64,000 nt of DNA from Endomicrobiia bacterium (GTDB lineage Bacteria > Elusimicrobiota > Endomicrobiia > DTEH01): assembly GCA_039630545.1 (NCBI GenBank), contig JBCNUU010000001.1:96001-160000 (forward strand), written 5' to 3'. A program made the translations under genes and the position numbers. Below the pieces are notes generated by a model that saw nothing but the letters and a program-made list of their open reading frames with translations, made no database searches and was not told the origin of the DNA. Below, in pieces: positions 43,711 to 53,377 of this stretch (within the stretch, counting starts at the first letter, position 1; each line of letters opens with the position of its first letter).

Positions 43711-44832
43711 ATGAAAAAACTGCTTATATTTTTAATCTTGTTGTCATTTCTGTTTAGCTTTATAACTGCTCAGGAGGAAGCAAATGTTGAAAACGATTGG
43801 GATGTAGATGTGGAGATAGATGTTATAGTAGAAAAAGAGGATGTTCCTTTTGAACCGTTGACTTCTGAAGAGATTGTGGAAGTTATCTCTGAGAAATTAG
43901 AGGATAACAAAAAAATTTCTGAAGAAACAAAACAAAAAATAATAGAAATAATAAGACAGAAAATAGAAGAAAAAGAAGTGCCTCCTGTTCAGCTTTGTAT
44001 AGAAGTGTGTAAAGAAATAGAAACCAGCTGGAAGAAAGGTTGTGATGTTGAAAGATGCAGAAAGGATATCGAAAAAATTGAGAAGAATATAGAGCAACAA
44101 ATCAAAGAAGTAGAAAAAAAATTAGAAAAAAAATATGAGAAAATATCAAGAAGAAAAGGAAGAAAACCTGAAGAGCCACCAGTTGTGCCAAAAGATCCTG
44201 AAAAGAAAGAATCTCCTGTAGAAGAACCGCCTCTGAGAACTCTTCCATATCCTCCTGTAGAAGAACCGCCTCTGAGAACTCTTCCATATCCTCCTGTAGA
44301 AGAACCGCCTCATCCTCCTGTAGAAGAACCGCCTCTGAGAATTCTTCCATATCCTCCTGTAGAAGAAGATTTCTCTAAAGTAAAAGAAGTTATGAAGGCA
44401 TTGATTGAGGTTGGAATTCCCCCAGATAAAAGTTTAGATATTGTAATCTCTGCAGAGTTATATGGTATTAAGAGAGGAGAGATAAATATGTATAACAGGG
44501 CTCTTTTGGAAGAAAATGTAAAAGAAATCATTGAAAAAAGAATTCAAAATGGAGAAGAGATAATTCCTGAAATTCTTCCTGAAGAAATACAGAACAAACT
44601 ACAACTAAAAATAAAAGAACATTTAGAAACAAATCTTTCTACACAACTACATTTAAATGCTAGTAGTGGCACTTCAGATTCTACTATTTCTCCAATGGCT
44701 TCTAATGTGTCAAATTCTGTTATTTCAATACTTACTAATAAACCAGATGATCTATCCTCTATTACACCACTTTTGGAGAAATCCAATAATGAAAATTTAA
44801 CATCTCATCAATGTAGTGGATGTGACAAATAA
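43711..44832 (+). CDS. Exported Glu/Lys-rich protein with Pro-rich tandem repeats
   Basis: Signal peptide, strong SD, PVEEPPLRTLPYP repeats, terminal CxxC. Confidence 0.7.
   Translation: MKKLLIFLILLSFLFSFITAQEEANVENDWDVDVEIDVIVEKEDVPFEPLTSEEIVEVISEKLEDNKKISEETKQKIIEIIRQKIEEKEVPPVQLCIEVCKEIETSWKKGCDVERCRKDIEKIEKNIEQQIKEVEKKLEKKYEKISRRKGRKPEEPPVVPKDPEKKESPVEEPPLRTLPYPPVEEPPLRTLPYPPVEEPPHPPVEEPPLRILPYPPVEEDFSKVKEVMKALIEVGIPPDKSLDIVISAELYGIKRGEINMYNRALLEENVKEIIEKRIQNGEEIIPEILPEEIQNKLQLKIKEHLETNLSTQLHLNASSGTSDSTISPMASNVSNSVISILTNKPDDLSSITPLLEKSNNENLTSHQCSGCDK
44213..44367 (+). repeat. Intragenic 39-bp tandem repeat (three full units, one shortened internal unit, one partial)
   Basis: Unit CCTGTAGAAGAACCGCCTCTGAGAACTCTTCCATATCCT, frame-preserving. 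Confidence 0.92.
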
Positions 44833-44853
44833 TTTTTAACCAATACTTGACTT

Positions 44854-44903
44854 TAGGGAGCGAATTTATATAAATTAACAAAAAATTCGCTCCCTATTTT
44901 TTT
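44854..44903 (+). terminator. Intrinsic terminator
   Basis: TAGGGAGCGAATTT / AAATTCGCTCCCTA stem followed by a T run. Confidence 0.8.
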
Positions 44904-44919
44904 ATATTTGGTTCTTTAA

Positions 44920-45204
44920 ATGAAATTAGAAGAAAGAATAGCAAAAGATCTTTCTTATGTTCTTTTTAAAAATTTAAAAGACAAAAAGAAAAAAGTTAAA
45001 AAGATAATTTTTCATATAGAAGGCTCTCCGCAATTAAATATCTCACTTGTTAAAAATGCTCTTAAAAAATGTGTCTCTTATACTTCATGTGAATCAGCAG
45101 AAATAGTGTTTATGTATAAATATGATGTTGATTTAAAAAGTTTAAGTACTAATGATCCAGGTGCGAATAATATCTATCTACATGAGGTAGAGTATGAGGA
45201 CTAG
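44920..45204 (+). CDS. Small protein with weak HypA/HybF-like pattern
   Basis: KVKKIIFHI...TSCESAEIVF...IYLHEVEYE resembles the HypA scaffold; MHE and CxxC motifs are missing. Confidence 0.4.
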   Translation: MKLEERIAKDLSYVLFKNLKDKKKKVKKIIFHIEGSPQLNISLVKNALKKCVSYTSCESAEIVFMYKYDVDLKSLSTNDPGANNIYLHEVEYED

Positions 45205-45231
45205 ATTGAGTTTGGTTTTATATGGAAATTT

Positions 45232-45304
45232 TGTCCCCGGCGAGAGTCGAACTCGCAACCAACGGATTAAGAGTCCGCTGCTCTTCCAGTTGAGCTACGG
45301 GGAC
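45232..45304 (-). tRNA. tRNA-Lys (anticodon CTT), CCA not encoded
   Basis: Reverse complement GTCCCCGTAGCTCAACTGGAAGAGCAGCGGACTCTTAATCCGTTGGTTGCGAGTTCGACTCTCGCCGGGGACA folds as a cloverleaf with a TTCGA T-loop. Confidence 0.95.
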
Positions 45305-45413
45305 AAAAACTAATTATTCTGTACTAAACTGATAATTAAAAGTCAATAATTAATTTGGAAATTTACAATTATATTTATTTTGTAGGTTTTTATAAATTTT
45401 TTATTCTAACCTA

Positions 45414-45441
45414 TTGACATACTGCTGACTATTATTATAAC
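45414..45441 (+). promoter_or_regulatory. Putative sigma70 promoter of nrdJ
   Basis: TTGACA (45414-45419), 16-nt spacer, TATAAC. Confidence 0.55.
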
Positions 45442-45485
45442 TATATATTGTAGCATAAATCAAAAATAACTACAATATATAGATT
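45438..45485 (+). promoter_or_regulatory. Tandem NrdR boxes
   Basis: taaCTATATATTGtag (45438-45453) and ctaCAATATATAGatt (45470-45485), 32 bp apart; both match the CwATATwTwG core, upstream of an RNR gene. Confidence 0.85.
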
Positions 45486-45502
45486 AAGGGGGCTTAAAAA
45501 TC

Positions 45503-47857
45503 ATGTCAGTAAATATACCTTATCCTCAAGAAAACAAAGAAATAGCAGAAAACACCCTAACTGAAGAGGTTTTAGTTTCTGAGCAAAAGGAGAACATAAA
45601 TGTTATGGGGTATAACACTGGAAAAAAATTTATAAAACCTTCTCTTTCAAGTAACGCCTTAGTCGTTTTAGAGAAAAGATATTTAAGGAAAGATGAAAAC
45701 GGGAATATCATTGAGTCTCCTGAAGATATGTTTAAAAGAGTAGCTAAGGCTATTTCTGAAGCGGATATAAACTATGGAGATGATCCTAATGAATCTTATG
45801 AGAGGTTTTATGAAATAATAGCTTCTCTAGAATTTCTTCCTAACTCGCCTACTTTGATGAATGCTGGTACACCATTTCAACAGCTTTCTGCATGTTTTGT
45901 TTTGCCCATAGAAGATTCTATGGAGTCAATTTTTGAAACATTAAAATACGCAGCTTTAATTCATAAAACAGGTGGAGGGACTGGTTTTTCTTTTTCTAAC
46001 CTTAGACCATCAAATGATGTTGTAAAAACAACTTCTGGAATTTCTTCAGGTCCTATATCTTTTATGAAAGTATACAATGCTGCTACAGAAGCTATTAAAC
46101 AAGGTGGCAGAAGGAGAGGAGCTAATATGGGAATTTTAAGAGTAGACCACCCTGATATTATAAGTTTTATTAAATGTAAAGAAGAAGAGGGAGAGTTAGT
46201 TAATTTTAATATATCTGTTGCCATCACTGATGATTTTATGAAAAAACTCCAGAATGATGAAGAATACGAACTTATAAATCCAAGAACAAAACAAGTAGTA
46301 AAAAGAATAAAAGCAAGAGAAATTTTTGACTTAATTGTGGAGCATGCATGGTTAAATGGAGAGCCGGGAGTAATATTTATAGATACAATTAATAAACATA
46401 ACCCTACACCAGAAGTAGGAGTTATAGAATCCACCAATCCATGTGGAGAACAGCCTCTTTTGCCTTTTGAATCCTGCAATCTGGGATCTATTAATCTTGG
46501 AAAAATGGTGATTCGCAGAGGAGATAGTTGTGAAATAGATTGGCAACGTCTCAGATATGTGACAGAAACAGCAGTTCATTTTTTGGATAATGTAATAGAT
46601 GTTAACCAATATCCTGTAGAAAAAATAAAACAGATGACTTTAGCAAATAGGAAAATAGGTTTAGGAGTAATGGGTTGGGCTGATATGTTGTTTCAGCTTA
46701 AAGTTCCTTATGATTCGAAAGAAGCCCTTTCTCTTGCAGAAAAAGTGATGAGCTTTATAAAAAAAGTAGCAGTAGAAACTTCTCAAAAACTTGCTCAAAA
46801 AAGAGGACCTTTTCCTAATTTTGAAAAAAGTATTTTTAAAAACGAAACTCCAAGACGTAACGCTACACTCACCACTATTGCTCCTACAGGTTCAATAGGA
46901 ATAATTGCTAACGCTTCAACAGGTATAGAACCAGTTTTTGCTTTGGCGTTTGTAAGAAAAAATATTTTAGGAGGAGAAGAACTTTTTGAAATAAATCCTT
47001 ATTTTAAACAAACTTTAATTGCTGAAGGTTTATATTCTAAAGAATTAATTCAAGAAGTAATAGAAAAGGGTTCATTGAAAAATATAAAAGGCATACCTGA
47101 AACTATTAAAAAAATTTTTGTTACAGCATTAGATGTACCGCCAGAGATGCATGTAAGAATGCAGGCAGCTTTTCAAAAATATGTGGATAACGCTGTTTCA
47201 AAAACAATTAATCTGCCTAACTCTGCTACAAAAGAAGATGTAGCGAAGGTTTATATTTTAGCATATAAACTTGGATGTAAAGGAGTTACTGTATATAGAG
47301 ATGGTTCAAGATCAGCTCAGGTATTAAATGTAGGTTCATCCAAAAAGAAATCTCAAAAAGAACAGCTGAAAGAAGAACCAAGAGTAAGACCTAAAGTTGT
47401 TTCTGGTAAAACAGTAAAGATGGTTACAGGATGCGGTAATATGTATGTAACTGTTAACGAAGACGAATTTGGGCCATGTGAACTTTTTACTTCTTTAGGT
47501 AAAAGTGGCGGTTGTACTTCATCTCAATCAGAAGCTATTGGAAGATTGATTTCACTTGCTTTAAGAAGTGGAGTAAACCCCCAAAAAATTATAGAACAAC
47601 TTCGTGGAATTCGTTGCCCTTCTCCTGTGATTTTTCAAGGAGAGTCTATTTTATCTTGTGCTGACGCGATATCAAAAGCACTTGAAATCTATATTAAAGA
47701 GAAAGAGTCACCATCCCTTTTTGACAGCGTAAAAACTCACACTTCTTCATATAATAATATGGGCTTAAATCCAGAATGTCCTGAATGCGGGGGAAGATTA
47801 GAGATATTAGAAGGATGTGCGACTTGCCAAAGTTGCGGTTTTTCTAAATGTTTATAA
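45503..47857 (+). CDS. nrdJ: Class II (adenosylcobalamin-dependent) ribonucleotide reductase with C-terminal TSCPD and zinc-ribbon regions
   Basis: PNSPTLMNAG, SACFV, TNPCGEQPL, TIAPTG, KGVTVYRDGSR, SCAD and terminal Cys pairs; no nrdB nearby. Confidence 0.93.
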   Translation: MSVNIPYPQENKEIAENTLTEEVLVSEQKENINVMGYNTGKKFIKPSLSSNALVVLEKRYLRKDENGNIIESPEDMFKRVAKAISEADINYGDDPNESYERFYEIIASLEFLPNSPTLMNAGTPFQQLSACFVLPIEDSMESIFETLKYAALIHKTGGGTGFSFSNLRPSNDVVKTTSGISSGPISFMKVYNAATEAIKQGGRRRGANMGILRVDHPDIISFIKCKEEEGELVNFNISVAITDDFMKKLQNDEEYELINPRTKQVVKRIKAREIFDLIVEHAWLNGEPGVIFIDTINKHNPTPEVGVIESTNPCGEQPLLPFESCNLGSINLGKMVIRRGDSCEIDWQRLRYVTETAVHFLDNVIDVNQYPVEKIKQMTLANRKIGLGVMGWADMLFQLKVPYDSKEALSLAEKVMSFIKKVAVETSQKLAQKRGPFPNFEKSIFKNETPRRNATLTTIAPTGSIGIIANASTGIEPVFALAFVRKNILGGEELFEINPYFKQTLIAEGLYSKELIQEVIEKGSLKNIKGIPETIKKIFVTALDVPPEMHVRMQAAFQKYVDNAVSKTINLPNSATKEDVAKVYILAYKLGCKGVTVYRDGSRSAQVLNVGSSKKKSQKEQLKEEPRVRPKVVSGKTVKMVTGCGNMYVTVNEDEFGPCELFTSLGKSGGCTSSQSEAIGRLISLALRSGVNPQKIIEQLRGIRCPSPVIFQGESILSCADAISKALEIYIKEKESPSLFDSVKTHTSSYNNMGLNPECPECGGRLEILEGCATCQSCGFSKCL

Positions 47858-47936
47858 TCATATTGAAAAACTTATCCAAATCTAATATATAATTAAGAAA
47901 ATTTTCAAACCCTCCTTAAATTTGAATAGTTCAAAA

Positions 47937-48491
47937 ATGATATTATCAGATTTAGAATTAAAAAAATATGTTAAAAAATATAAAATGATAGAGCCTTTTG
48001 AAGATACAAGACTTTTTAAGTTAGATAAAAAAATTTCCTGGGGTGTGTCTTCTTATGGATATGATTTTAGATTATCTGATGAATTTATTGTTCCTCAAGA
48101 TACTACTCAGATTACAATTGATCCTAAAAATTTTGATGTTTCAAAGTTTAAGAAAATAAAATCTCAAGAATATATAGTTCCAGCTAATAGCTTTGTGTTA
48201 GGAAAGTCAGTAGAATACTTTAGAATTCCAAGAAATATTCTTGTGATAGTATGTGGGAAATCCACATATGCGAGGTCAGGACTTGTGGTGAATGTAACTC
48301 CTCTTGAACCAGAGTGGGAAGGATATATTACAATTTCCATAATTAACCCTTTAAATCATAAAATAAAAATATACGCAAATGAAGGTATAGCACAGGCTGT
48401 ATTTTTAAAAGCAGCAAAAATTTGTAAAATTTCCTACAAAGATAAACAAGGTAAATATCAAGCTCAGAAAGATATTACACTTCCTAAGTAA
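47937..48491 (+). CDS. dcd: dCTP deaminase
   Basis: SSYGYD, GKSTYARSG, TPLEPEWEG and KYQAQ; ATG 47937 chosen as start. Confidence 0.93.
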   Translation: MILSDLELKKYVKKYKMIEPFEDTRLFKLDKKISWGVSSYGYDFRLSDEFIVPQDTTQITIDPKNFDVSKFKKIKSQEYIVPANSFVLGKSVEYFRIPRNILVIVCGKSTYARSGLVVNVTPLEPEWEGYITISIINPLNHKIKIYANEGIAQAVFLKAAKICKISYKDKQGKYQAQKDITLPK

Positions 48492-48528
48492 TATTTATAT
48501 TGAACAAATTTAGCAGGAGGACAAATTT

Positions 48529-49689
48529 ATGGCTTTTTTTATAGGTAGAGACAAAGAGGCAAGAAGAGCATATGGTTTTGACGAGGTTGCTATTGTACCA
48601 GGTAACATTACAATAGATCCTGAAGACACAGACATATCTGTGGAGTTGTGTGGTTTTAAGCTTAAAGTTCCTCTAATAGCATCTGCTATGGATGGTGTGG
48701 TGGATCCAAAAATGGCTGTTGAATTAGGCAAACTTGGTGCTTTAGGTGTTTTAAATTTAGACGGACTATATACCAGGTATAAAGATCCTTATCAGCAGCT
48801 TGAAAAAATAATAAACGCTTCTGATGAAAAAGCTACTGAGATTATTCAACAGATATATAGAGAACCAGTTAAAGAAGATTTAATATATGAAAGAATAAAA
48901 GAAATAAAAAAAGAAAATGTTTTATGTGCCGTGTCTACTATACCTCAAAATGCTCCGAAATATATAAAAATAGCAAAAGAAGCTGGTGCTGATATATTTG
49001 TTATACAGGCAACTGTAGTTACTGTCAAACATTATTCTTCACGATATGGTTGTGTTGATTTAGAAAAAATCTGCAAAGAAAGTGGGTTGCCGGTAATTAT
49101 CGGTAACTGTGTTACTTATAAAGTAGCATTAGAACTTATGGAGATAGGAGCCCAAGCAATTTTGGTAGGAGTAGGACCTGGTGCTGCTTGCACTACAAGA
49201 CAGGTTTTAGGTTTAGGAGTTCCTCAAATTACTGCTACAGTTGACTGTGCTAAAGCACGAGATTTTTATTTCAAAAAAACAGGAAGATATGTGCCAGTAA
49301 TTACAGATGGGGGTATGATAACAAGTGGTGATATTTGTAAATCATTTGTAGCAGGTGCTGATTTGGTAATGTTTGGTAGTGGTTTTGCCAAAGCAAAAGA
49401 AGCGCCAGGCAAGGGTTATCACTGGGGTATGGCTATGCCTCATTTTTATTTACCTCGTGGTGCAAGAATTTATGTTGGAACAACAGGCACGCTTAAAGAG
49501 ATACTTTTTGGCCCTTCTAAAGTTGACGATGGAACACAGAATCTTGTTGGTGCTTTAAGGACATGTATGGGTAATGTTGGTGCAAGAACAATAAAAGAAT
49601 TTCAACTTGCACAACTTATAATAGCTCCGGAAATTAAAACAGAAGGAAAAAGATATCAGAAAGAACAAAAAGTAGGTATGGGTAAATGA
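48529..49689 (+). CDS. GuaB3-family IMP dehydrogenase-related protein
   Basis: [31 protein letters not shown] and HWGMA; no CBS pair. Confidence 0.88.
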   Translation: MAFFIGRDKEARRAYGFDEVAIVPGNITIDPEDTDISVELCGFKLKVPLIASAMDGVVDPKMAVELGKLGALGVLNLDGLYTRYKDPYQQLEKIINASDEKATEIIQQIYREPVKEDLIYERIKEIKKENVLCAVSTIPQNAPKYIKIAKEAGADIFVIQATVVTVKHYSSRYGCVDLEKICKESGLPVIIGNCVTYKVALELMEIGAQAILVGVGPGAACTTRQVLGLGVPQITATVDCAKARDFYFKKTGRYVPVITDGGMITSGDICKSFVAGADLVMFGSGFAKAKEAPGKGYHWGMAMPHFYLPRGARIYVGTTGTLKEILFGPSKVDDGTQNLVGALRTCMGNVGARTIKEFQLAQLIIAPEIKTEGKRYQKEQKVGMGK

Positions 49690-51239
49690 TATTGATTTTT
49701 GATTTTGGTTCTCAATATACACAGCTCATAGCAAGAAGAATAAGAGAGTTAAATGTTTACTGTGAGATTCATCCTTATAATGTAAATATTAAAAATTTTG
49801 AAACAGAAAAGATAAAGGGAGTTATTTTTTCAGGCGGTCCTGACAGTGTCTATGAGAAAACCTCACCTAAAATTAGCCTCTCCAGTTTGGAATATCTCAT
49901 AAATAAGAAAATACCTATATTAGGTATCTGCTATGGAATGCAGCTTATAAGTTATCTTCTTGGAGGTAAAGTTATAAGAGGTAAAATTCATGAATATGGA
50001 CTTTCAAGAATAAAAAAAGTAAAAGAAAGTGCTTTGTTTTTAAATATTCCTGAATATTCAAATGTATGGATGAGCCATGGTGACACAATTTTAGAATTAC
50101 CGGAAAATTTTGAAGTCGTTGCTAAAACAGAAAACAATTTGTTGGCAGCTGTTGAAAATATAAAATCCTCTTTGTATCTCTTACAGTTTCATCCAGAGGT
50201 AAGGCATACAGACTACGGCACAGAGATTATTAAAAATTTTGTATTCAGAATTTGTAATGCCTCACCAGACTGGCAGATGAAAAATTTTATTGAAAGTTCT
50301 TTAGAAGAAATAAGAACTACATTAAAAGACAAACCAGCAATTTGTGCTATATCTGGTGGAGTGGATTCTTCAGTAGCAGCAACTTTAGTATACAAAGCAG
50401 CTGGCAAAAATCTTTATTGCGTGTTTGTAGACAATGGAGTGTTAAGACATGGAGAAAAAGAAAGAGTAAAAAGGATCTTTAAACCAATGTTTGCTGAAAA
50501 CCTTCATATAGTAGATGCCAGCAAAATTTTTCTTTCAAGACTCAAAGGTGTCATAGATCCAGAAAAAAAAAGAAAGATAATAGGAAAAACCTTTATAGAG
50601 GTTTTTGAAAAAGAAGCAAGAAAAATAGAAAAGAAACTTAAAAAGAAAATAGAATTTTTAGTTCAAGGAACACTTTATCCTGATGTTATAGAAAGTGTTT
50701 CTGTGAAAGGACCATCCAGGACAATAAAAACCCATCACAATGTTGGTGGTTTACCAAGAAAATTAAAATTTAAACTCATTGAACCATTAAAATTTTTATT
50801 CAAAGACGAAGTAAGAAGGTTAGGAAAAGAACTGGGACTTCCTGATGAGATACTTTTAAGACATCCTTTTCCTGGTCCTGGACTTGCGGTGAGGATTATT
50901 GGAGAGGTGAATCCTTCAAGGGTAGAGCTTCTTAAAAAAGCAGACAAAATTATTGAGGAGGAAATAAGAAAAGCAGGACTTTATGAAAAAGTTTGGCAAT
51001 GTTTTGGGGTACTTCTTCCTGTAAAAAGTGTAGGTATTATGGGAGACAGAAGAACATATGAAAATGTTTTAGCAATAAGATGTGTTGAATCACAAGATGC
51101 TATGACAGCTGACTGGGTGAGGTTGCCTTATGATGTTTTAGGAAAGATATCTAACAGGATAATAAATGAAGTTCGCGGAATAAATCGTGTAGTATATGAT
51201 ATATCTTCTAAACCCCCAGCCACAATCGAGTGGGAATAA
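49686..51239 (+). CDS. guaA: GMP synthase (glutamine-hydrolysing)
   Basis: DFGSQY, GICYGMQ, QFHPEV, SGGVDS and KPPATIEWE. Confidence 0.97.
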   Translation: MILIFDFGSQYTQLIARRIRELNVYCEIHPYNVNIKNFETEKIKGVIFSGGPDSVYEKTSPKISLSSLEYLINKKIPILGICYGMQLISYLLGGKVIRGKIHEYGLSRIKKVKESALFLNIPEYSNVWMSHGDTILELPENFEVVAKTENNLLAAVENIKSSLYLLQFHPEVRHTDYGTEIIKNFVFRICNASPDWQMKNFIESSLEEIRTTLKDKPAICAISGGVDSSVAATLVYKAAGKNLYCVFVDNGVLRHGEKERVKRIFKPMFAENLHIVDASKIFLSRLKGVIDPEKKRKIIGKTFIEVFEKEARKIEKKLKKKIEFLVQGTLYPDVIESVSVKGPSRTIKTHHNVGGLPRKLKFKLIEPLKFLFKDEVRRLGKELGLPDEILLRHPFPGPGLAVRIIGEVNPSRVELLKKADKIIEEEIRKAGLYEKVWQCFGVLLPVKSVGIMGDRRTYENVLAIRCVESQDAMTADWVRLPYDVLGKISNRIINEVRGINRVVYDISSKPPATIEWE

Positions 51240-51279
51240 ATCTGTCAATATAAATATATAAATTCACTGGAGGTTTATT

Positions 51280-52698
51280 ATGAAAGAAACAATTTTTAGA
51301 GAGTATGATATTCGTGGAGTGTATCCTGAAGATATAAACAAAGATGTTGCATATAAGATTTCTTTAGCATTTTCAAAATATCTTACAGAAACTATAAAAA
51401 AAACAGAAGACATATGGGTGTGTGTAGGTATGGATGTTCGTAAGAGTTCTCCTGAAATTAAAGAAGGAGTTATTTCTGGATTTGTTGACTCAGGAATAAA
51501 TGTAATAGATATAGATATGGTTCCTACGCCGGTTTTATATTTTTCTTTATTTACAAAACTTATTCCTGTAGATAAGAAAATAAGCCAGCCAGATGGTGGA
51601 GTTATGATAACAGCATCACATAATCCGCCAGAATTTAACGGGATGAAACTTTGTGTAGGCCCCTATGCTTTGTATGGAGAAAAGATAAAAGAAATTTTCA
51701 AGATTGCGATTTCTCAAAATTTTATAACGTCAAAGAAAAAAGGTCAAGTGGTAAAGTATGATATTGTATCTGACTATGTTTGCTTTTTAACAGGGCATTT
51801 TTACAAACTTAAAAAGTTATTTTCTGAATTTAAAAAACCTGTTTTTGCTGTGGACTGTGGAAATGGAACAGCAGGTCCTGTAATAAAAAAGATACTAGAT
51901 AATTTAGAAATAAATTATATCCCTCTATTTTTTGAACCAGATGGAAACTTTCCAAATCACCATCCTGATCCAACTGTTCCTGAATATGTAAAAGAACTTT
52001 CAAACACAGTAAAGAAGAAAAAACTTTTATGTGGCATAGGTTATGATGGTGACTCAGATCGTCTTGGTGCAGTGGACAGCAAAGGAGAAGTTGTATATGG
52101 TGATAAATTACTTCTTTTGTTTTCAAAATATGTGATAAAAGAATTTGGTGCTAAACATAAGTTTATCGGTGAAGTTAAATGTTCTCAAGTTTTATATGAT
52201 GGGATTAAAAAACTTGGAGGGCAACCGATAATCTATAGAACAGGTCATTCTTTAATAAAAGAAAAAATGAAAAAAGAAGGTGCACTTCTTGCAGGTGAAA
52301 TGTCAGGACATATGTTTTTTAACGATAGATACTTTGGTTATGATGATGCAATTTATGCTTCTTTAAGGTTGTTAGAAATTATTGGGTTAGAGAAGAAACC
52401 ACTTGATAAAATCATAAGTTTTATACCAAAAACTTACAACACTCCTGAGATAAGAGTAGAATCTTCTGATGAGAAAAAATTTGAAATAGTAGAAAAACTA
52501 AAACAAGAGCTTAAAAAACTAAAAATGAAATTTATTGATATTGATGGAGTAAGAGTTCAGTTTCCAGACGGTGGTTTTGGGCTTGTAAGAGCATCCAACA
52601 CACAGCCGGTGTTGGTTTTACGGTTTGAAGCAAAAACACCAAAACTGCTTGAACATCATAAGAAGTTTGTAATGGAATTGTTGAAAAAAATAAAATAA
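51280..52698 (+). CDS. Phosphomannomutase/phosphoglucomutase
   Basis: FREYDIRG, TASHNP, DGDSDR, GEMSGH and RASNTQP. Confidence 0.93.
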   Translation: MKETIFREYDIRGVYPEDINKDVAYKISLAFSKYLTETIKKTEDIWVCVGMDVRKSSPEIKEGVISGFVDSGINVIDIDMVPTPVLYFSLFTKLIPVDKKISQPDGGVMITASHNPPEFNGMKLCVGPYALYGEKIKEIFKIAISQNFITSKKKGQVVKYDIVSDYVCFLTGHFYKLKKLFSEFKKPVFAVDCGNGTAGPVIKKILDNLEINYIPLFFEPDGNFPNHHPDPTVPEYVKELSNTVKKKKLLCGIGYDGDSDRLGAVDSKGEVVYGDKLLLLFSKYVIKEFGAKHKFIGEVKCSQVLYDGIKKLGGQPIIYRTGHSLIKEKMKKEGALLAGEMSGHMFFNDRYFGYDDAIYASLRLLEIIGLEKKPLDKIISFIPKTYNTPEIRVESSDEKKFEIVEKLKQELKKLKMKFIDIDGVRVQFPDGGFGLVRASNTQPVLVLRFEAKTPKLLEHHKKFVMELLKKIK

Positions 52699-52741
52699 AA
52701 AAATGCCCGGTCATTCAAGACCGGGCTATCTATATTTTTTG
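52697..52741. terminator. Probable bidirectional intrinsic terminator between convergent genes
   Basis: GCCCGGTC-attcaa-GACCGGGC stem, with an A run on the left and a T-rich tract on the right. Confidence 0.8.
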
Positions 52742-52751
52742 TAAGATTTTT

Positions 52752-53198
52752 TTATTCTATTTCAATTTTTGTAGATTTTTCTTTTGCTTCTTTTGTTTTT
52801 GGCAGTGTAAGTTCTAACACACCATTGTTGTATTTTGCCTTTATAGCTTTTTTATCAATTTCAGCAGGTAGTCTTAAACTGCGGACAAACTCGCCATATG
52901 ACCTTTCTGCATAGTAGTAATTTTTGTCTTTCTTTTCCTGTTCCTGTTTTCTTGTAGCTTTTATGGTTAACACATCGTCAGTTATATTTATATCTATATC
53001 TTTCTTTTCAAACCCGGGAAGTTCAGCTTCAACAACATATTTGTTTTCATCTTCCCATACATCTATTTTAGGAAGATTTACACTTTCAGATGGTAGTTCT
53101 ATATCCCAATCCTCAAAGAATCTTTTTAGCCTTTGAAGTGGCTTAAAAGCTTGTTCAATTGTTTTTTCAAAATCATCTAATGGTTTTATGAGTTTCAT
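52752..53198 (-). CDS. Small heat shock protein Hsp20
   Basis: AELPG, ERSYGEFVRSLRLP and YNNGVLELTLPK; SD AGGAGG upstream of ATG 53198. Confidence 0.95.
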   Translation of the reverse strand: MKLIKPLDDFEKTIEQAFKPLQRLKRFFEDWDIELPSESVNLPKIDVWEDENKYVVEAELPGFEKKDIDINITDDVLTIKATRKQEQEKKDKNYYYAERSYGEFVRSLRLPAEIDKKAIKAKYNNGVLELTLPKTKEAKEKSTKIEIE

Positions 53199-53377
53199 GG
53201 TTATCACCTCCTTTTCATAAAGTTTTTAAAATTTGTATTTTTGCTTTAACTTTTTTTCCATAAATTATAGATGCATAAGACAATTTTTAGGTTTCACTTT
53301 ATCACTGTTAATAAGTTGATTTTTTGTAATAAATTTTGTATTTAGAAAAAAACTTTTTGAAACAACGGGGAGGATAT

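Noticed and set aside
44213..44367. Possible CRISPR array
   Set aside because: Units are contiguous with no unique spacers, preserve the reading frame inside a CDS, and no cas genes are present.
45232..45304. tRNA-Lys as integration site of a genomic island
   Set aside because: No integrase or transposase, and I saw no duplicated tRNA 3' end in the window.
45305..45502. Cobalamin riboswitch upstream of nrdJ
   Set aside because: The leader is short and AT-rich with no B12-box-like sequence; the NrdR boxes explain the region.
47872..47880. DnaA-box-like TTATCCAAA upstream of dcd
   Set aside because: Single mismatched copy; no cluster or origin context.
53200..53377. CIRCE or BirA operator between hsp20 and bioY
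   Set aside because: No matching inverted repeat recognised.
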